NCBI GenBank assembly: GCA_000934665.2
Contig: KZ538341.1
Location: 1-64,000, forward strand
Reading direction: 5' to 3'
DNA from: Catajapyx aquilonaris
Taxonomy: Eukaryota
Length of the DNA: 64,000 nt
Part shown: positions 61,761-64,000 of the stretch, piece after piece
How the letters are laid out: each line of letters starts with the position of its first letter
Position numbering within the stretch: the first letter of the stretch is position 1
The notes under the pieces: generated by a model
Seen by the model: the letters and a program-made list of their open reading frames with translations, nothing else
Database searches by the model: none
What the model was told of the DNA's origin: nothing
Made by a program: the position numbers and the translations under genes

Positions 61761-64000
61761 GCATAACCACACATTGCCCACTGCCGTTTTAGTAATGTAG
61801 ACATTCCGGCTGTTTAGAGAAGGCAGAATTACCCGAAGTTTGTCCATCCAAGGAATTTGTGCATCACCCTGTGGGTTTGCTTCTTAAATGATTACAGTAC
61901 AGGGCTGGAAGTGTCTGATATCAAAGCAAAGAGGCAGTACAGTCCCGGTACACTGTACTGTACACCTGATGTGGGGATTGAGGCACTGGAAATGCGTAGG
62001 TGCTGAAAATCGATTGTTGGCGAAGGCCTGGGCGTACGACCTGGCTGGTAGTGGATGAGCTGGGAGGGTAGAGGACTGAGTGGGATGGGTGGTGGGGAGG
62101 TGACTATTCATTGAACCACCTGATGAGTGGGTCGAGGTTATCTTGGAATCCAATGCGGCAGGGACATCGTATATTGTGGGTTGGGCGATGACACAACCGA
62201 GGAGAACATAAGAAAGAAAAAAAGAGAAAAAAGGTCGGGCGGTATATATATTTCCATTCACTGCTGAACTGCCTCCATTAATGGTATATGTTTTCTAAGG
62301 ATGCTGGCCAGGCATTCATTCATCGGGGAGATCGGGTATATATAGGTATATGACTCAGAATTTATCACTGAAGAACCTTGAGTTTGTGGAGCAGCACGTG
62401 GCGACCTTTCCCGGAGTGAAGTTCGTGGCAGGGGATTTTGAAAGTGCAAAAATAAATTAAAATCCACAAAAAGATTTTTTAATGCAATTGATCAACAGAC
62501 AGCGAAAGGTGGATAGAAAAGTATAAATCAAGCTTATGCACACTACGGATCCTTCATGTGCCCTCCATTCCACTCCATGATTCCTCTGACAATGTGAGTG
62601 GAATAATGATTTTTATACGTCGCTAAAATGAACCGAGAAATCCTCCCCAGATATACTTTCACGTCCTGTCTTCAGGTTTCTCATTTAGAGCTGAAGCAGC
62701 AATTCATCAGAGGTAAAGTGGCTCTCATTTGTTCGAGTCAACAACATCGGTGCTAGAGACAGCAGTAGTGTTTTATTTTCTTAAAGTAACTGCTACACTT
62801 GAACCATACACGAGGAATCTAGTGGTGACGTGAAGTTCTTGGGCCATTAAATGTAACATTTTAATTTCGATCATTCGGCCAATTTGAACCTAAGACGGTA
62901 ATGCAAGCGCTTACTTTTTGAAAACCGAACACGAACTTTGATGTTGCTGTTTTGTGGAGAATGTGAGGTTCGCCATCCCTTGTCTGCAGTCAAGAAAGCA
63001 GGTGCTGGCGGGAGGGAGAATCAAATTAGGTCTGGTCCCATAAAGGCATGCTCACCACCATTGTTACGTTGATGTTGAAGGGATCAGGGACGAAAGGCGT
63101 TTGTTGCGACGTCGCTCGAATTTCGTCCTTTACCAATGCTATCCCTCCCCCTCCCTGAGAGGGTGGGTTGCTTTGAATAGGCTTTATAGCACCTCCCATG
63201 TTGCAAATTGAGACCAGCAAATGATTGACAAGCATCCCAATCACATCAATTGCGCGCAATAGGCCGTTGAAAGGATGTGTAGCCATGCTTGTGCACGGCC
63301 CGTTGCAAAAATAGGGTCTCTCTGCTTATGATCATGGGTTGTATGCTCCTCACGTGCTGGGGAAAGACAACCCACTCGAATATGCTGTACCAAGCTGTTT
63401 TTAACCCCCCCCCCCCCCCATTGAAAATCTATACCTACGCCCGTGNGGCATGCCAGCGAATCCTACGGCCTTGTTTATCCCAGGAGTTGAAACAACGTTT
63501 TTTTTATCGCCACTAGCAGAGGGTAGCACTTGACCGCCTATAGTGGTGCATAGAGCCTCCTTGCGGGCGATTTAGAAACTATGGTAGCCATTTTCAGCTC
63601 GTGGAGCACTCCCTGGCGACCGAGGCAAGAAACTGCCAATTATTGTTAATTTTACATGCCGCAATGTAGCAGTGATGTGGCTTTTGGGACTACCTGTAGA
63701 TAAATACCATCGAGAATAGTCTAATCGCCCTATATAGGGCTAATGCTAATGAGAGCAAAATCTGTATGTGGTTCAATAGTTACTCAAGGGTCAAATTGAG
63801 CATGAAAGTTATTTTCCAAACATCATTTTATTTCCTTCATATTATGGCTATATGTAATGTCGCGAAATATTATCAGAAATGTTACAGAATAATTTGTCTG
63901 CCATTACCTTAACGACCGACTGAACAAATATTCGCATGCGTTAAACCTTTTAAATTAGACCAATGTTCTAATCATACTCCCCACACACAATGTGGGAATA

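Noticed and set aside
62118..62145. Hammerhead ribozyme core (CTGATGA)
   Set aside because: No stem II followed by GAAA. The same applies to the other CTGATGA occurrences checked.
8200..64000. The many 60-190-aa ORFs in the track (e.g. 27529-28098, 30935-31483, 40396-40875)
   Set aside because: No recognisable domains, atypical composition, many non-ATG starts, and overlap on both strands: consistent with chance ORFs.

Overview
Eukaryotic genomic DNA, most likely arthropod (the RPS28 protein has the arthropod-type '..[19 protein letters not shown]..' form). The first ~7.2 kb is a compact cluster of three intron-containing genes. These are RPS28 (+; 65 aa), an uncharacterised secreted-pathway single-pass membrane protein with a Cys-rich ectodomain (Shisa-like; +; 4 exons, 161 aa) and DNAJC9 (-; 260 aa, with one GC-AG intron). 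A probable bidirectional promoter follows at ~7.1-8.1 kb. The remaining ~56 kb has no recognisable protein-coding sequence and is probably a giant intron or regulatory region. It carries many short non-autonomous mobile elements: Harbinger-, Tc1/mariner- and pogo-like MITEs, mini-Helitrons and an isolated RTE 5' end. It also has hairpins, micro/minisatellites and poly-G tracts. A V-domain-type SINE lies in the gene cluster between RPS28 and the membrane-protein gene. I found no prokaryote-type system, CRISPR array, rRNA or tRNA, and no clearly novel multi-gene system. The best leads are the structured solo RTE 5' end, the small Shisa-like gene with its telomere-like/nuclear-receptor-motif intronic minisatellite, and a back-to-back trio of transposons. 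All assignments were made by eye without database searches.
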